Both the position numbers and the translations under genes were made by a program. Below, piece by piece: positions 10,841 to 23,937 of a stretch of 64,000 bases of DNA. Within the stretch, counting starts at the first letter, position 1. Each line of letters opens with the position of its first letter. A model generated the notes under the pieces. That model ran no database searches, had not been told where the DNA came from, and was given only the letters and a program-made list of their open reading frames with translations. Origin of the DNA: Vitrella brassicaformis CCMP3155 (Eukaryota > Protista > Chromerida); NCBI GenBank assembly GCA_001179505.1, contig CDMY01000325.1, positions 1 through 64,000 of the forward strand. The letters are read 5' to 3'.

Positions 10841-12048
10841 ATGGCTGTTGGGAAAGTGCACGTGCACTACGAAGAGCAGGGCCACGCCCCGTGGCACTCG
10901 ACGGCCATCTTCGACTGCCAGTCAGATGACCTCAAGCTGGGCACTCTGAAGCAGGCATTCATCACACACTTCAATGACAAGGTCCACAAGCCTCCGCAAG
11001 ACACGCAGACAGACAGCACAGACAGACAGACACGCAGACGGACATGGTGATGAGTGCTTGTGTCTGTCTGTTCTCGGCAGGTGCTGTCGCAGCCGAGTGA
11101 TGCGTCGGTGTCTGCCCCACCTGCCCCACTCAAGTATGAAGATTGGTGTCTGACCAACCACCAACACGCGCCCATGCCCGATGCGGGATTTATCTGCACG
11201 TGGGTTGACCCCATGGCGGACATCTTCATCCGCCCCGTGGCTGAGTTCGCAGCTGCCCAGGACACGGCCATCCAGGACAACATCAAGAAAAAGGGAGAGG
11301 TAGGTGGGGTACACATGCAGACCTACATTGCGCGAAATACCACGTGCAAACTGCCCCACTCTCCTGTTGCTCAGCTGTCGTATTACTATGCCCACGGGGC
11401 ACCTGCGTCGCGCAGCATCGTGTCCAAGACGGCGGCCTCTGTGTCTGTGTCTGCCCCACCACCCCAGCAGCTGGAGCAGAAGCCTGACCTGGGATCCCTC
11501 CACTACACGACCATTTCCACATTCACATGGGAAGACGCGTCAGACACTGTCAGGTGAGCTGAGCGGGCCGCTTTGTTTGCTGGGTGGGCTGGTCACTCAC
11601 CTGAATGTTCTTCTCTTTGTGTGTTTGTGTAGGGTGAAGGTGCCGTTGGATGGGATCGGCAAGCACCCCCGCGACAAGATCATCTCTGAGTTTGAGGAGC
11701 GTTCCTGCCAGCTGTTCATACTCGACTTCAACGGCAAGAACTACAGGTGGGTGAGTGACCGACCCACTACCACACCGGACGGACTCTCATGGCGTGTGTC
11801 GTGTTTGTTGTATTGTGTGTGCAGGTTTCGTGTGCCCAAGCTTCAGTGCAAGATCGATGCAGCCGCCAGCAAACACGTGGTGAGCCAAGCATGAAAGGGG
11901 AATGGTGTCATCTCTTTCTCTGCGCATGTCATGTGTGTGTCCCCATTGCTCGCAGGTGAAGGAGAGCCGCGTGACGTTGTTTCTGCGCAAGGTGAAGGAT
12001 GACGACTACTGGCACAGCCTATTCTACACCAAGGGCATCGGAGAGTGA
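10841..12048 (+). CDS. CS-domain (p23/SGT1/CacyBP-like) co-chaperone with an unassigned N-terminal domain
   Basis: YTTISTFTWEDASDTVR|VKVPLDGIGKHPRDKIISEFEERSCQLFILDFNGKNYR|FRVPKLQCKIDAAASKHV|VKESRVTLFLRK...WHSL matches the CacyBP CS domain. KKGE|LSYYYAH linker. Introns in phase. Confidence 0.85.
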
Positions 12049-12482
12049 GTGAGGGATAGCTAGATAGGGTAGGGGCGCCATGCCATCCGCCTTCCTTGGT
12101 CTGTCTGTAGCTCTGTACATAGTGAGTGGGTAGAAATGGATTGGATGAACGGACCGGTCCATCCGTGATGCTCATATTCTTGTTCCGCTGCTTGATTTAA
12201 AAGAAAACATTACCGCTTTCGTGCACACGTGCACCCGTCCACCCAACCATGAGCCCTGAGCCAGCCAGACCACATTGCAGACACCGAAACGCCTCTCTTC
12301 TGGTCCATCTATCAGTCGGGCAGAGGCGAAGATGCTACCAGGGCATTCCATTCAATCATCAGCCAGGCCACGCCATACCAGTCCATGTCACGCCATGAAC
12401 GCACTCATCAATCCATCATGCAATCCACCTCCACCACTATCTACCCCTCCGTCTCCCTTCACCCGTGGTGGCCATCTCCCTC

Positions 12483-14018
12483 TCACCCCCTGCCATTATC
12501 ATTCCCCTGCCGCGACGCACCGGCAGCGGCAGCAGCAGCAGCAGCAGCAGCCGGCTGCCCCTGGCCACCACGGACCTGCACGCTCCCCATGGGTGTCTGG
12601 AATGCCTCACCGGCGTCGAAGTCCCCCATCATCGCGTCCATGTCCCCACCAGCACCGCCGCCACCACCAGCCGCCGCTGCGGCTGCTGCGCCGGACACCT
12701 GTTCCGTGCCTGATGTGCGCTGTAGGTTGGATGCATTGGGCAGCACGGGGGGCGCGGACTGGCGGGGAGGCGACAACGGACGGGCCACTGGAACAACAGA
12801 GACACAACGAAAGATGGCTGCGTGTACTGACTGGTTGGGTGTCGTGCGTACTCATGTGTATGTCGTGGAAGCGCTTGGGAACGCGGGCACGGGCGGCCGA
12901 GATGGCCTGCACTACCTGATGAGACAGACAAGACCACCAACAAAGAGAGAGGGGGCTTTACATATCCCTTCATCATTCTGTGCGCTATCCCCCTGCTGTC
13001 TGTCTCTTTCTTTATGTATGTATCAGACCTCCTGCACGAGATGCGCTCCCTGAACGTACAGCACCTCATTGAACGTCGGGTGAACCGCAACCTGCAACAC
13101 CACACACACACCCATACATAGGTCGAGACACACCCACACTCACAGGTCACTCCCTCCCTCCCTCCCTCGCTCCCGCGACCTCGTATGAATGCTCCACGAT
13201 ATAATCCAGGCCTAAATGGGTAAGTAAGCACACGGATGGGGGGATGCGTCGCTGCCTGCGCGGGTTTCTTCCCCCTCCATGTGCTGTTTCCAAAGTTACA
13301 CTGCTGTTTGAGTGCGTGGTTGTGGTATGTGTCGGCCTGGATGAGTATGGCGAAGATGCACTCGGGCTTGAACAGCTCACTCAACAAGTCGTCAATCTCC
13401 ACTACCAACTTCTGCATTCACGCGGCAAACATGCAAACATCCGTCCATGATGTCCCTTTCTCTGTCCGTTAGGGGAGCATCGGGGCTGCCAGAGCGCTCT
13501 ATCTTTCTTTCTTTCTCACATCGATTTGGTATTTCTGTGCGGCATAGTAGAGTTTCATTAGGGCGGGAACCTGGTCGCCCCCCAGCTGGGGGTCCAGCAG
13601 GTCGCACCTGGCCGACAGACAGACAGACAGACAGACAGGCAGAGGGGAGGGGAGGAGAATGTGCGTATGAGGCCAGCCATTTTCGGGGGCTGTTTGTGTG
13701 CATGTCGCGAGAGGACTTACTTGTCCGAGTAGAAGTACTGCAGCAGCTGCCGCATTGAGTACTTGTCCACGTCGCGGACCTGAACACGGCTCTCGCGAGC
13801 CTCGCTATACTCACCGTCCAACATGCGCTCGAACACCTATACAGACAAACATGCATCACACGCATCCAGACATGTGTCGTGGGTGGGTGGGTGGCGGCGC
13901 TTTGCCCTCTTGCCTTGCTCTGTGCCATGAGGATGAGTTTGTTGGCTTTGAACTCGATGCCGCCACACTCGATGATCACGTCGCTGTACTTGTTGTCGTG
14001 ACCAATCGCACCCAGCTT

Positions 14019-14055
<37 letters not shown>

Positions 14056-15276
14056 TCAGAGAGGTTGGAATGCACGGAGCGCCATCAGCTTCCTCTCTTT
14101 GCCTTTCCCCTGCCCTCTGTGTTTGTTCCTACCGTGACTAGGTTGCTGGCGCTGCTCGGGGGTGCGTTGGGGAAGGTCTCGGTGGTCTGCCAGAAGATCT
14201 CCATCTCGCACAGTATCGTCAGCCTGTCGCTGTTGGCATCCAGCACGGGCGACAACTCCTCCAACTCGGCCTCTGCAGACAATACATGCAGACGCATGAA
14301 AGCCAAGAACGATCCTGCCACCCCACCCCACCCCCTCCACCCATCCGTCCATCCATCCATCCATCCATTCACCGCTCCCGTACGTGTGATGAACTCGTCG
14401 AATCCCCAGTCCCGGTCCTGCGTGAAGGACCGCATGCCCTCGGGCTCCCGATTGTGAACTGACAACACATACACATGCAACACACAGACCGCCCATTCCC
14501 ACGTTTTCTCCCTCCCCCCCTCCCACCATCGCTGCCCCCTCTTCTCACTCACCCTCCTGTCTGTTCTGGTCCAGCAATGAGAACTTGTAATGGCAGACGA
14601 GTGGCGTGGTGTTCTCGGTGCCCAGAAACAGGGACACGGCGCCCTTGTTCTCCTCGCCCTTGCCGAAGGGCCACAGCTCCAGGTACCACTGCTGCAAGCA
14701 ATCCACAAAGCGTACCAGGCATCCAGACATCCATCCATTCAACGCAGACGCGCATCCGTCCTTCCCTCCACCCCTCACACCCCACACACCTTGGTAGCCG
14801 ACTCCTGCCCAGGGAACTCTACCTTCTTCACCGGACTGAAGTAGTGGCGAACCATCTCCTTGCCCCTCACTGCAAGGCAGCAGAAAGCATCGAAAAACCC
14901 AACAATAAACACATCAAAACAAATCATCCATTCGTTCATCCATCCGCCCAATGCAGCCATCTCTGCAGCAGTCCATCCATCCATCCATCTGACCGGTCGA
15001 TGCGATTTGCCTGATGACGTGGAAGCGCTCCACTGCCCACACATGTTTGTGCTCGGTGGAGGGCTGGTGCGTGGTGGCGCTGGGTAGACTCCTACGGCGT
15101 TTGGTCACACGGTCGGACTCCTGAGGAGGAGGTGCGGTGGCTTGCGAGTCCGAGGAGGCCGCTGCTGCTACGGACGAGGATGAATCCCCGCCCCTGGGCT
15201 CCTCCGACGAGGATGAAGCCCCGCCGCGGGGCTCCTCCCTCTCTATGGCAGAGGCGCAACGCTTCAACAAATGCAT
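12483..15276 (-). CDS. MATH-BTB (SPOP/BPM-like) cullin-3 substrate adaptor
   Basis: MATH: HVWAVERF, WYLELWPFG...VSLFL, YKFSLL, SFTQDRDWGFDEFI, DRLTILCEM. BTB: YSDVIIECGGIEFKANKLILMAQSK|VFERMLDGEYSEARESRVQVRDVDKYSMRQLLQYFYSD. BACK-like ILIQADTYHNHALKQQC. Ala/Gly-rich tail. Confidence 0.9.
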
Positions 15277-16629
15277 TTCGCTACAAAAACATCAACACAC
15301 TCAACCTCTTCCCTAAATAGAAAGTCTCAAACGTAAACAGACGCGGTGACAAGAGGCTGGCCTGGTGGCGTCTGTGTGGAGGAATTGCGAGTCTTTGTAA
15401 TGTGATGGTTTTTGGGTGCTTGAATAGACAATGTGGGTGATTGTCTGCACCACAATCTGTGTGTGTCTGCGTCTCACCCATCGATTGTCTCAGAGCTCGT
15501 GTACACTTTCCCGGACACACCAACGCAGGTACCACATCCAATTGACCGACGTATGCCACCTATCTGTCAACAACCAGGGTCATAGCCCCACAAGCGATCT
15601 GGGCGGATGCGTCAGTGCAACTATCCTCCTCTCACCCTCCCGTCCATCAACCCACACACCACCACACAATTCACCACCCTCGCACTTGACCAGGGGCAGC
15701 TGATCAGCACACGCACGGCATATCATATCATATCATATCAAGTCTCGCGCAGCATTGATGTGTGTGTGTCTCGTGAGGTTGGGTGATTCTCAGTCTGACT
15801 TCACAGCAGCCATTATTGGTTGTCTGAGTTAATGCAGATCATAAGCAAGGGCGAAAAGCCACTCAGAAGGGCAAGGGGAGGCACGTCTGAGGTGGCTTTG
15901 TGGTGGATGGCACGTCGATGTGTGCCACGAGTGATAAGATGTTGACAGTGATCATGGGCCGAACCAAGCAGCGCACGACAGGCTTTATTTGACTGTGAAG
16001 ACAAAGAGACGTCAGTCGGCAGCCGCCAGCGGTTGACCCTCTTCAATTAATTATCAACTTGATGCGGTCCCGCAAATGTCTCACGAGCAGACGGACAAGT
16101 CTTCCAATTCCCACACGAGGCACGAGGGAGAACAAACATACACACTTCATCTCACACAGAAGCGGAGGGCCATAAAGCGGAGACGAGAGGGAGGGAGACA
16201 CGCGTGGCACTCATCGAAACGTGTGCGTCACGTCCAGCATTGGCGTGTCGCGTCATCACATGGAATGGCATGGCATGGCATGCTTTCGAAGACACCTCAT
16301 TCTCTCTCCCTCTCCTCTACTCCCGCCTTGCAGACCCAAAGTGTCGGCACACAAGGAGGGCGAAAAACAACGCTTCCCATGCAGACAGAAAGACAGACAG
16401 ACAGACAGGCATGACTTTGCCGTCACGATGCAAAGGGGACCAACAGCACCCGTCATTGTCTTCCTCCCTCTGTGCCCCTCCCCAAGTCAGCTGGCAACAC
16501 TAGGGCAGCTCAGTCGCTGAATCAAGTTTCTTCCCTCAGCAGTTCTGAAATCCGAGGCCCACACACGTCAAATGCCATACAATGTCGAAAACAAAAGGTC
16601 CTGACCCAATGCCGGCCTTTTTCAAGATG

Positions 16630-19600
16630 TCAGGCCAGTTCTTCTTGTACGCACGCTGACAGCCCAGAGACGACCCCTCCAAGCGAGTGCAGCTCTTGAT
16701 GGCTCTCATGCTTCTTCTCGACGAAGCTCTCGCCCATTTCACGCTTCTTCTCGTCCATTTCACACTGGCCGGTGTCTTCGAAGAAAAAGAATGTCTCGCA
16801 CTTGTCGCTGTCGGCACATGCCCTGGAGCACTCACTGACGGCCACCATGTCGACGACGGGGCTCTCCCGCTCCGGCTTTGGTCTGGCCAGGTGCTCCCTC
16901 AGGCCGATGTCGGGCTGGTAGCAGCGGCAGGGCACTGCAGAGAGGGGAGGGGACACACTCACAGCACCACTCTCCTCGTCGCGAGACGACACAACCAGCG
17001 GCACTGATTGCACGCAACAGACACACACAGAGACACACAACATGGTCCGTGTTGCATTTCGTGTGGCCGTCATACCCTTGAGTGCCTTGGATGGCCTGAG
17101 AAGCTCACTGTCGCCCTTGACGGGCACCACCCGCACATACAAGGCCACGTCGGTCACGTTGGCGTTGCTGTCTGTCGTCAGAGTCACGTCCCGGGCCGCC
17201 ATGGTGTCGACCAGCTCCTGCAGTGTGACGATCTCCTCGAAGGCGGTCTTGCTGCGCTCCATCAGGTGCCGGCTGAGCGGCACATCACTGTCAGCGCCGA
17301 TGTACAGCCGCCACTTGCTGATCCCTACACAAAAGGCCATCGATCACTGCCTGCGTGTAATGTCTCTGCGTGCCTACCTGTGACGCCATTGAATGAGAAG
17401 CGCATGGTCCAGTCCTGCAGAAGGGCGATCGACGGCTGGCCGCCACTCGCCTGCGTGTTGGCGTCGCTGCAAAGGAGAAGCCGCGGCCTCTCCGTCGAGA
17501 AGCCCTCCCAGCTGTGCAGCAGTGGACGATGGCCTCGAAAGCCTTCGAACTCGCGAACTATCGTCGGATTGTCGCCGTAAGTCACCTCAGGGAAGAATGG
17601 ACCAGTGTAGCCCCAGGATATCAGCATGGTCGGGGGATTGCCCCTGACACAAAGACGGAATGTGCATTGTACGCACTGATGACCGTGTCTACTCGCTTAC
17701 TCTCCGTTGTCGACCTTCTGGACCCCTCCGCAGCACGTGCTGCTGATTCTGTACAAACACGAAGAGACGCATGACCTATTCTGCGCGTGGATTCCTCACT
17801 TGTTCGGATGCGTAAAGGACCAGACTTTCGTGGCCGTCATCTTGTTCAGGTCAAGACTCAGCTCGAGAGCCCTGGAAGGCCGTGTCCCGCCGGTATGCCT
17901 TTGACGACCGTTGTCATACCTAAACAGCACACAAGTACACGCGGTGGATGTCTGAAAGCTGTCATTCCCTCGAGCTATTCGATGTCGCTGACATGAGGAT
18001 GTTGCCGTCCGCTAGCTGATGTGCATGGTGTTGGCCAACGAATGGGGGATCCATGTCTTCGCCGATGAAAGTAAAGTCACTGCATGGCACACGCAAACAG
18101 GCGCCGCACAAGGACACAAGTAGCTGCATTGACGTACTTCGTGTGGCCTCCCATGCGCCACAGGATCTGGCCCGTCTTGCCGCTCAGCAACAGGACGAGA
18201 TCACAGTTGCGCATGGAGACGATTACGTTCCCTGCAGTAACAAGCCATCCTCTCCAGATGTTTGCCCTGTGGAGCGCGGCTCACCGTCCGGCGTCCGCTC
18301 GGCGTTGTTTGTGTGATAGGCCTGGCGCACAAACGCAAAGAGCGACACAGGGAGACACGTATGCTGAGTGACACAAGAGTGCGTGCTCACATCTTTTGGT
18401 GCTTCCGGGAGTGTGGGGTCGGCCTCTCCAACGAAGTCGTCAATGGTCCTCCACTCCAGTAACACATTCCTGCAACACTTACCGGTGCATCCATGATACA
18501 ATCGCCATCCGATCTGCCCACTTGTCAGCGTCGAAGACGTGCACCACTGCACGAAACGTGCAAGAGAACAAAAATGCTTGAAAAGATGAGACAAGCAGCT
18601 CTGCGCCTTGCTGACCGTTGTGTACTGTGCCGTTGGTCTCGGTGCGGGCCACCAAGATCGCGTTGTCGCCGTCAAAGGAGATGCTGTGACGGTCTAGCGT
18701 CTGATATCCATGACCTGCAGACACAGTCGTCTGGCCCCGTCCCGCGCAGGACATCGTCTGCATACCGGTCTGGTGCCTGTCGACCACCTGATAAGTCGAG
18801 TTCAGCTCGTATACAGTCTCGGCCGTGTCGTTGGGCTGTATGTCCCAATGGACCAGATGGCCGCTTGGCGTTACCCCGAGCATGTCGCCCCCCCGTCCCA
18901 CCTCTTTAGTCCACCAGACCAAGTCACCCTACATACATGCACACACAGCAAGATACATTGGCGTCACCAATCAGAGCAGATGGACACATGACGTACCTGA
19001 CGTGTAGCGATAAAACTTTGTCCAGCCAAAAGGTGGATGACAAAGAAATACAGCTCCTTGTCCCCCGTGCCAATGTCTTCCCCCCTCCCCTCCAAGGCCG
19101 CCTTTTCCCCCTCGGCTGACGGCCTCCACTTGGCTGACCACGTCGGCAGCGTGCGGTATCGGTCCATCGGCGCCGGCTGCTTCTCAGCCTCCTGCTTTCC
19201 ATCGTGCAACCGATAACACGAGTGCGGCCAAATATCCCTTTCGCCAATCGACTCGGTCTTGGCTCTGATGTGAAATTGCCATTTATGTCCGCCCGCCTCC
19301 TCCTCTCTGCCGTTGTCAGAGCGCCGCACTCGGAGGCCGGGCCGCAGCTGGACTGTGACGTTGTCGCCGGGGACAAATGGCTTGTCAGGATAGAAGAGCA
19401 CCGTCTTGTTGTCGCGTGCAAGGACGACGCGGCCATCCACCTTGCCGCTCTGCCGGCCCTCCACATCAAAGAGTGCGTCGAGATCAGTGGGGATGACCAA
19501 ATCGCCCTCCCTGACGGGACATACACGCACACTGAAACGAGCGTCTCATCTTTGCTGCGCATCACCGGACTGCAATCGACGTCAGCTCCGACACGTGCAG

Positions 19601-19822
19601 CGCCCCTGGCCGGGGATGCATGTACTCGAACAGCCCATCGCCCCATGGACGCACAGCCCCCTCCACGACAAACGGAGATGATGAAGAGGAGGACGGCGCC
19701 TGATCCAACGACGCGGCCATGCCCTCTGCGGCAGAGGGAAAAAGGAAGCTTCTCTCGTGCTCATCTGCTGAGGCCGTCGTGAGAGACGACCACAGGAGAA
19801 CGGCAACCAGCGAGGCCGCCAT
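16630..19822 (-). CDS. Secreted arylsulfate sulfotransferase (ASST-like): signal peptide, Ig-like domain, beta-propeller, C-terminal PAN/apple domain
   Basis: Signal MAASLVAVLLWSSLTTASA. Ig-like YMHPRPGA..TSIAVR...SGKVDGRVVLARDNKTVLFYPDKPF..GDNVTV. ASST motifs LDRHSI, LLEWRTIDD, D|AYHTNNAERTPDG|NVIVSMRN...TGQILWRMGG, FVGQHHAH, SRALELSLD..TATKVWSF, GNMLISWG. C-terminal CSRACADSDKCETFFFFEDTGQC. Confidence 0.85.
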
Positions 19823-19880
19823 TTTGTGCCCACTGAGTTTACACCGTAGTTTACACGTACCGGAGCTCTTATGTTCTTGC

Positions 19881-20180
19881 NNNNNNNNNNNNNNNNNNNN
19901 NNNNNNNNNNNNNNNNNNNNNNNNNNNNNNNNNNNNNNNNNNNNNNNNNNNNNNNNNNNNNNNNNNNNNNNNNNNNNNNNNNNNNNNNNNNNNNNNNNNN
20001 NNNNNNNNNNNNNNNNNNNNNNNNNNNNNNNNNNNNNNNNNNNNNNNNNNNNNNNNNNNNNNNNNNNNNNNNNNNNNNNNNNNNNNNNNNNNNNNNNNNN
20101 NNNNNNNNNNNNNNNNNNNNNNNNNNNNNNNNNNNNNNNNNNNNNNNNNNNNNNNNNNNNNNNNNNNNNNNNNNNNNNNN
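19881..20180. other. Assembly gap (300 N)
   Basis: Run of exactly 300 N. Confidence 1.
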
Positions 20181-21625
20181 CCCCATCTCGTCAACCACCT
20201 TGGCAGTCGGTTGAATCTTCCTGAAGAACAGAGGATGTCGGCTGGATATCAGCTCTTGCAACTTGGTCAGTCGCAGCTCAGAGAAACACAAGGGTCCCAT
20301 TGACGAGCAGTAGTGAGCCTTGCCGAGCCCGCATGCGTCTTTGGAGCTTGTCCAGCACAGCCGCGTGTCGCAGAACTCCTCCTGTATGGCCCCATCCAGC
20401 TGCCCGCTGTGGTTGCTGCGCAGACCACCATTCACCTGTATCAAGCAAATGACCAAAAGGCGGGCGCACGTACACAAAGCTGTGGCAGTGTTTGTTTCTA
20501 CCTGTTTCCAGACAGCGTCGTTGCCGAGCGCGCGTCTGAGCACGTGGTGGGGGAACCACTCGTCCACCGCGGCTCTCATCCCGTCTGGGCGAGGTCGTGG
20601 CAGTCCATCATAGGGGTAGTTGAGGCCTTGGGCCGCCACAATTGTGGCGTGATATCGGTTGTACACGCGCCACTGGTGGTGCTTGGTGTCTGCGTACATT
20701 CATACAGTCACCAACAATGTGTGTGTTGCTGACTGACTCTGACTGACTGACCATATCCGGTGTCGCTGTCTGCGTCTTGACAAGCAGCAGAGCCGCTCTC
20801 TGTGGCTGCCAATGTGCGATCCGACCGCATGCGCCGAGCCTTCGACGTGTTACGGTAGCTGAAAACAGACGAGAAGGCATACAAATGATCCGCCAAGCCA
20901 ACCGGTGGAAACAGACTCCTCTGTGTATACCAGAATCTACTGGTCGGCAGCCCGCCGGTCTCGGGCACTCGGTGTTGAAAGAGCACGTCATAGAGAACGT
21001 CCGGATGGGACAGCGGGATGTGTGACACCGACAGCAGCACCATCATCTGGTTGCACGGGTCGCGAAGGGCGGCACTCCACAGGGCGTTCTCAGCCAGGAT
21101 GAACTCTCCATATTTTGTGCCATTCGCCCTCTCGATGACAAGGGGGGATGCCATCGTGCCCTCCTGCGTGTGGATCAGCACCGAGAACTTCCGCGCGTCA
21201 CTGGACAAACCAATCCACTCGTCCCACAGCGGACCGAAAGGAAGCCCTTTCTTCGCAAGGAACAGCAGGGCGACTTTCGGTGGGCCGGCGCACTCGCCAC
21301 ATCCCTTCACAGGAGCTGGCGGGCTCGTCGACTGCCTCACACAGTGGAATTGCTGAGTGGAGGATGCATTGACCTTGCCAAAGGTTGCCCGCCGCAGCGG
21401 AAGCAGTTCGTCTTCCCTGAACTTGTCTAGAGCGGCCTGGAGAGAGCATTCAGCGGTCTTCGGGACGGCAATGCGGCGGAGATGGCGCGTGAACGGCGGC
21501 CAGGTCGGGAAGCGAAAGAGCCTCGACCAGGTGAAGAAGAGAAGACCGCAGAGGAAGACGGCAGGGGGGATTGCCGTCCGGATGCTGCTCTTACAGATCC
21601 CGTATACGCCAAGGCACCCACCCAT
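20181..21625 (-). CDS. Branch/GT14-like glycosyltransferase, copy C (3' end runs into gap)
   Basis: PPKVALLFLAKKGLPFGPLW, YGEFILAENALWSAALRDPCNQMMVLLS, DEWFPHHVL, PLFFRK. The same three intron positions as copy A, including a stop-free in-frame first intron. Confidence 0.8.
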
Positions 21626-21862
21626 ACCGCTGGAGTAAAAGCACGTACGGTAGCCGCAACGGTCGCGGCAGTCCTCCCCGGAGAAAAGTCAGAGAACAAG
21701 CGCAGATGAACAAGCAGGCCAAGGAGGTCAAGAGTCTGTCGTTTGCAACGGAAAAGGCCCCTTTTCTCGCTCGAGCCTTTGCTGTTGTTTGACCTCTCTG
21801 CTCTACCCCAAAACACAGGCAGGTGACAAACCGATTCGGATAAAGACGAACAGATTCGCAAG

Positions 21863-22960
21863 ATGGCTCTGCGTCTTCCTCCTGGCGATGAGCTGGCGAA
21901 GCCCATCTCGTACTATCTGATGCAGATGGGCCTGGGCACGACATCTGAGGCATCCACACGCATGACAGCCAAGAAGACAACGGCAGACGAGGAGGATGAC
22001 ATTGATCTCTTTGGTGACGAAGATCCCAAGGCAAGCGAGGGAGGGCAGTGCACGGGGCATGCGCTCATATGTTGTTGGTGCATTGTTCGTTCAGGCGGCA
22101 GAGGAAGCGAAGAAGCTGGCAGAGAAGAAAAAGTAAGGAAAGGGACCGACAGGATAGAGGGTGGTGCATGCGGTCACCGCATCTGGTCTAAGGTGGCCTG
22201 TCTGGGTGTGTGTGTTGTCCACCGGTGCAGGGCCGAGGCACAGGCGAGCAAGAAGAAGAAGATCGAGAAGTCGCTGCTGCTCATCGACTGCAAGCCCTTC
22301 TCCACCGAAACCGACTTAGACACGCTGGCCTCGCTCGTCAAGGCCATCAAGATGGACGGACTCGAATGGAAGGAGCAGACCAAAAAGGTGTAGGCACCCA
22401 CGCCACGCGGATGCTCGCGTGTATATCTTTACGTGAGCACGTCTGTTTGTGGTTTTGGGCATGCAGATTCCCATGGCCTTCGGTCTCCACAAGCTGCAAG
22501 TGAGCTTGATTCACACAGACACCCACACACACGTGCCAGGTCATACGGAATGGTCGCCTGCTTCGTCCCCTGTCTGGCTGTGCAGGTTGGCTGTGTAGTC
22601 CAGGACGATTTGGTGTCGACAGACGAGTTGTGCGAGAAGATCGAGAATGTCGGCATGACAGGTGAGTGGGGTGAGGACCTTCCCCGTACCGCTCCCACAC
22701 GCAGAGCACCAGAGCACTCATACCTGTTGTCCCTGTGCTGTGGATGCATCCATCATTCAGAGGAGCAGATGGCCAAGCGCAAGGCCATTGATGAGGGAGA
22801 GGAGGAGGGCGATGAGGACGAAGAACTAGGGCTCGTACAGGTGAGCCACTCTGCTTGGTGTAACGTCCGTTGGCTTGCTCCTACACGCACGTGTCTGCTC
22901 TGTCGTTCGTTGGTGAATGTGTTGCAGAGTTGTGAGATCGTGAGCTTCAACAAGCTCTGA
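21863..22960 (+). CDS. EF1B: Translation elongation factor 1 beta/delta (guanine-nucleotide exchange subunit)
   Basis: EEDDIDLFGDE; KSLLLIDCKPFSTETDL; MDGLEW; IPMAFGLHKLQ|VGCVVQDDLVSTDEL; VQSCEIVSFNKL*. Confidence 0.95.
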
Positions 22961-23424
22961 TAGGACCATTCCTGCCTGGCTTCGTCCTTCTCGAGGCCTC
23001 AATTTGTTTCCTTCGACTCGCTTCATGAAAGACAGGGCTCTCACGAAGGGACTCGTGCGTGGGAGATGCTTCGGTGGCTTCTGGCTGTGCATGTCGAGTG
23101 TGCGTATATGGCGATGCGAGACGATCTGACACGCATTACACATAAGGCTGTGAGGAATGGGATCTGATGGAGAAGTGACGTTCACCAAGGCAGTCACGTT
23201 CACGCACATTCACACGATCGTCTCATGATCTGTCGTCCATTCGAGAACAGAAAAAAGACACCACCTGCCACTCAACTATCCCAGCCGCTACACACGAGTG
23301 ACAGCAGCAGCAGTGTCGACCACCCCACTACGTCGCCCAGCGTGCCACCTGCTATGAATCTGCACGCCCAGAACACGCACAGACGACGAAAGAGAAAGGG
23401 TCCCACGATCACTGACTGCATTCC

Positions 23425-23937
23425 CTAACATTCCAGCGCACCGTATGACGTGGCCAGCTCGCCGATGTGGTCATTGACCCTGACTGCATGGGTGCTCTCG
23501 CCGCTGGTGGCGCGGCGGCCATGCACTGCAGCGGCTTGTGAGTCCCTCTTGGTCGATGGTGGAACCTTGACGGCGCTGGGCGGGGCGGTGCCGAGGCTGC
23601 TCATGGTGCCGACCTTGGCCATGAGGTTGTCCACGTACTCACGCAGCACGCCATTCTCCTCACGCAACGTGTGGTTCTCACTCTTGACGCTGTCTACACG
23701 CAGAGTGAGGGCTGCAGAGGCAGAAGAAGGAAGAAACAATTAAAAGGGGTGATCGGCGATGAGGTGTGTGTCTGCCGCGTCGACTGCGCTTGCCTGCGAG
23801 AGTGTCCTGCATCTCGAGTATCTTGTCGACGAGTACATCCTTGGACATCCTAAAAACAATATCAACATGCCAGCCGATTTGAGAACGGATTGAGGTTCGC
23901 TTGCTCACTTATCGAACTTTGCCAGCTCTTTGTCCAT
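23425..23937 (-). CDS. SCOC: Short coiled-coil protein (SCOC/DUF2205-like)
   Basis: MDKELAKFDK|MSKDVLVDKILEMQDTLA|ALTLRVDSVKSENHTLREENGVLREYVDNLM parallels SCOC [39 protein letters not shown]. Confidence 0.85.

Noticed and set aside
19562-20194. Possible GT14-C / ASST fusion via the ORF crossing the gap
   Set aside because: The ORF is open only because of Ns, the true gap length is unknown, and ASST has its own ATG and signal peptide at 19822.
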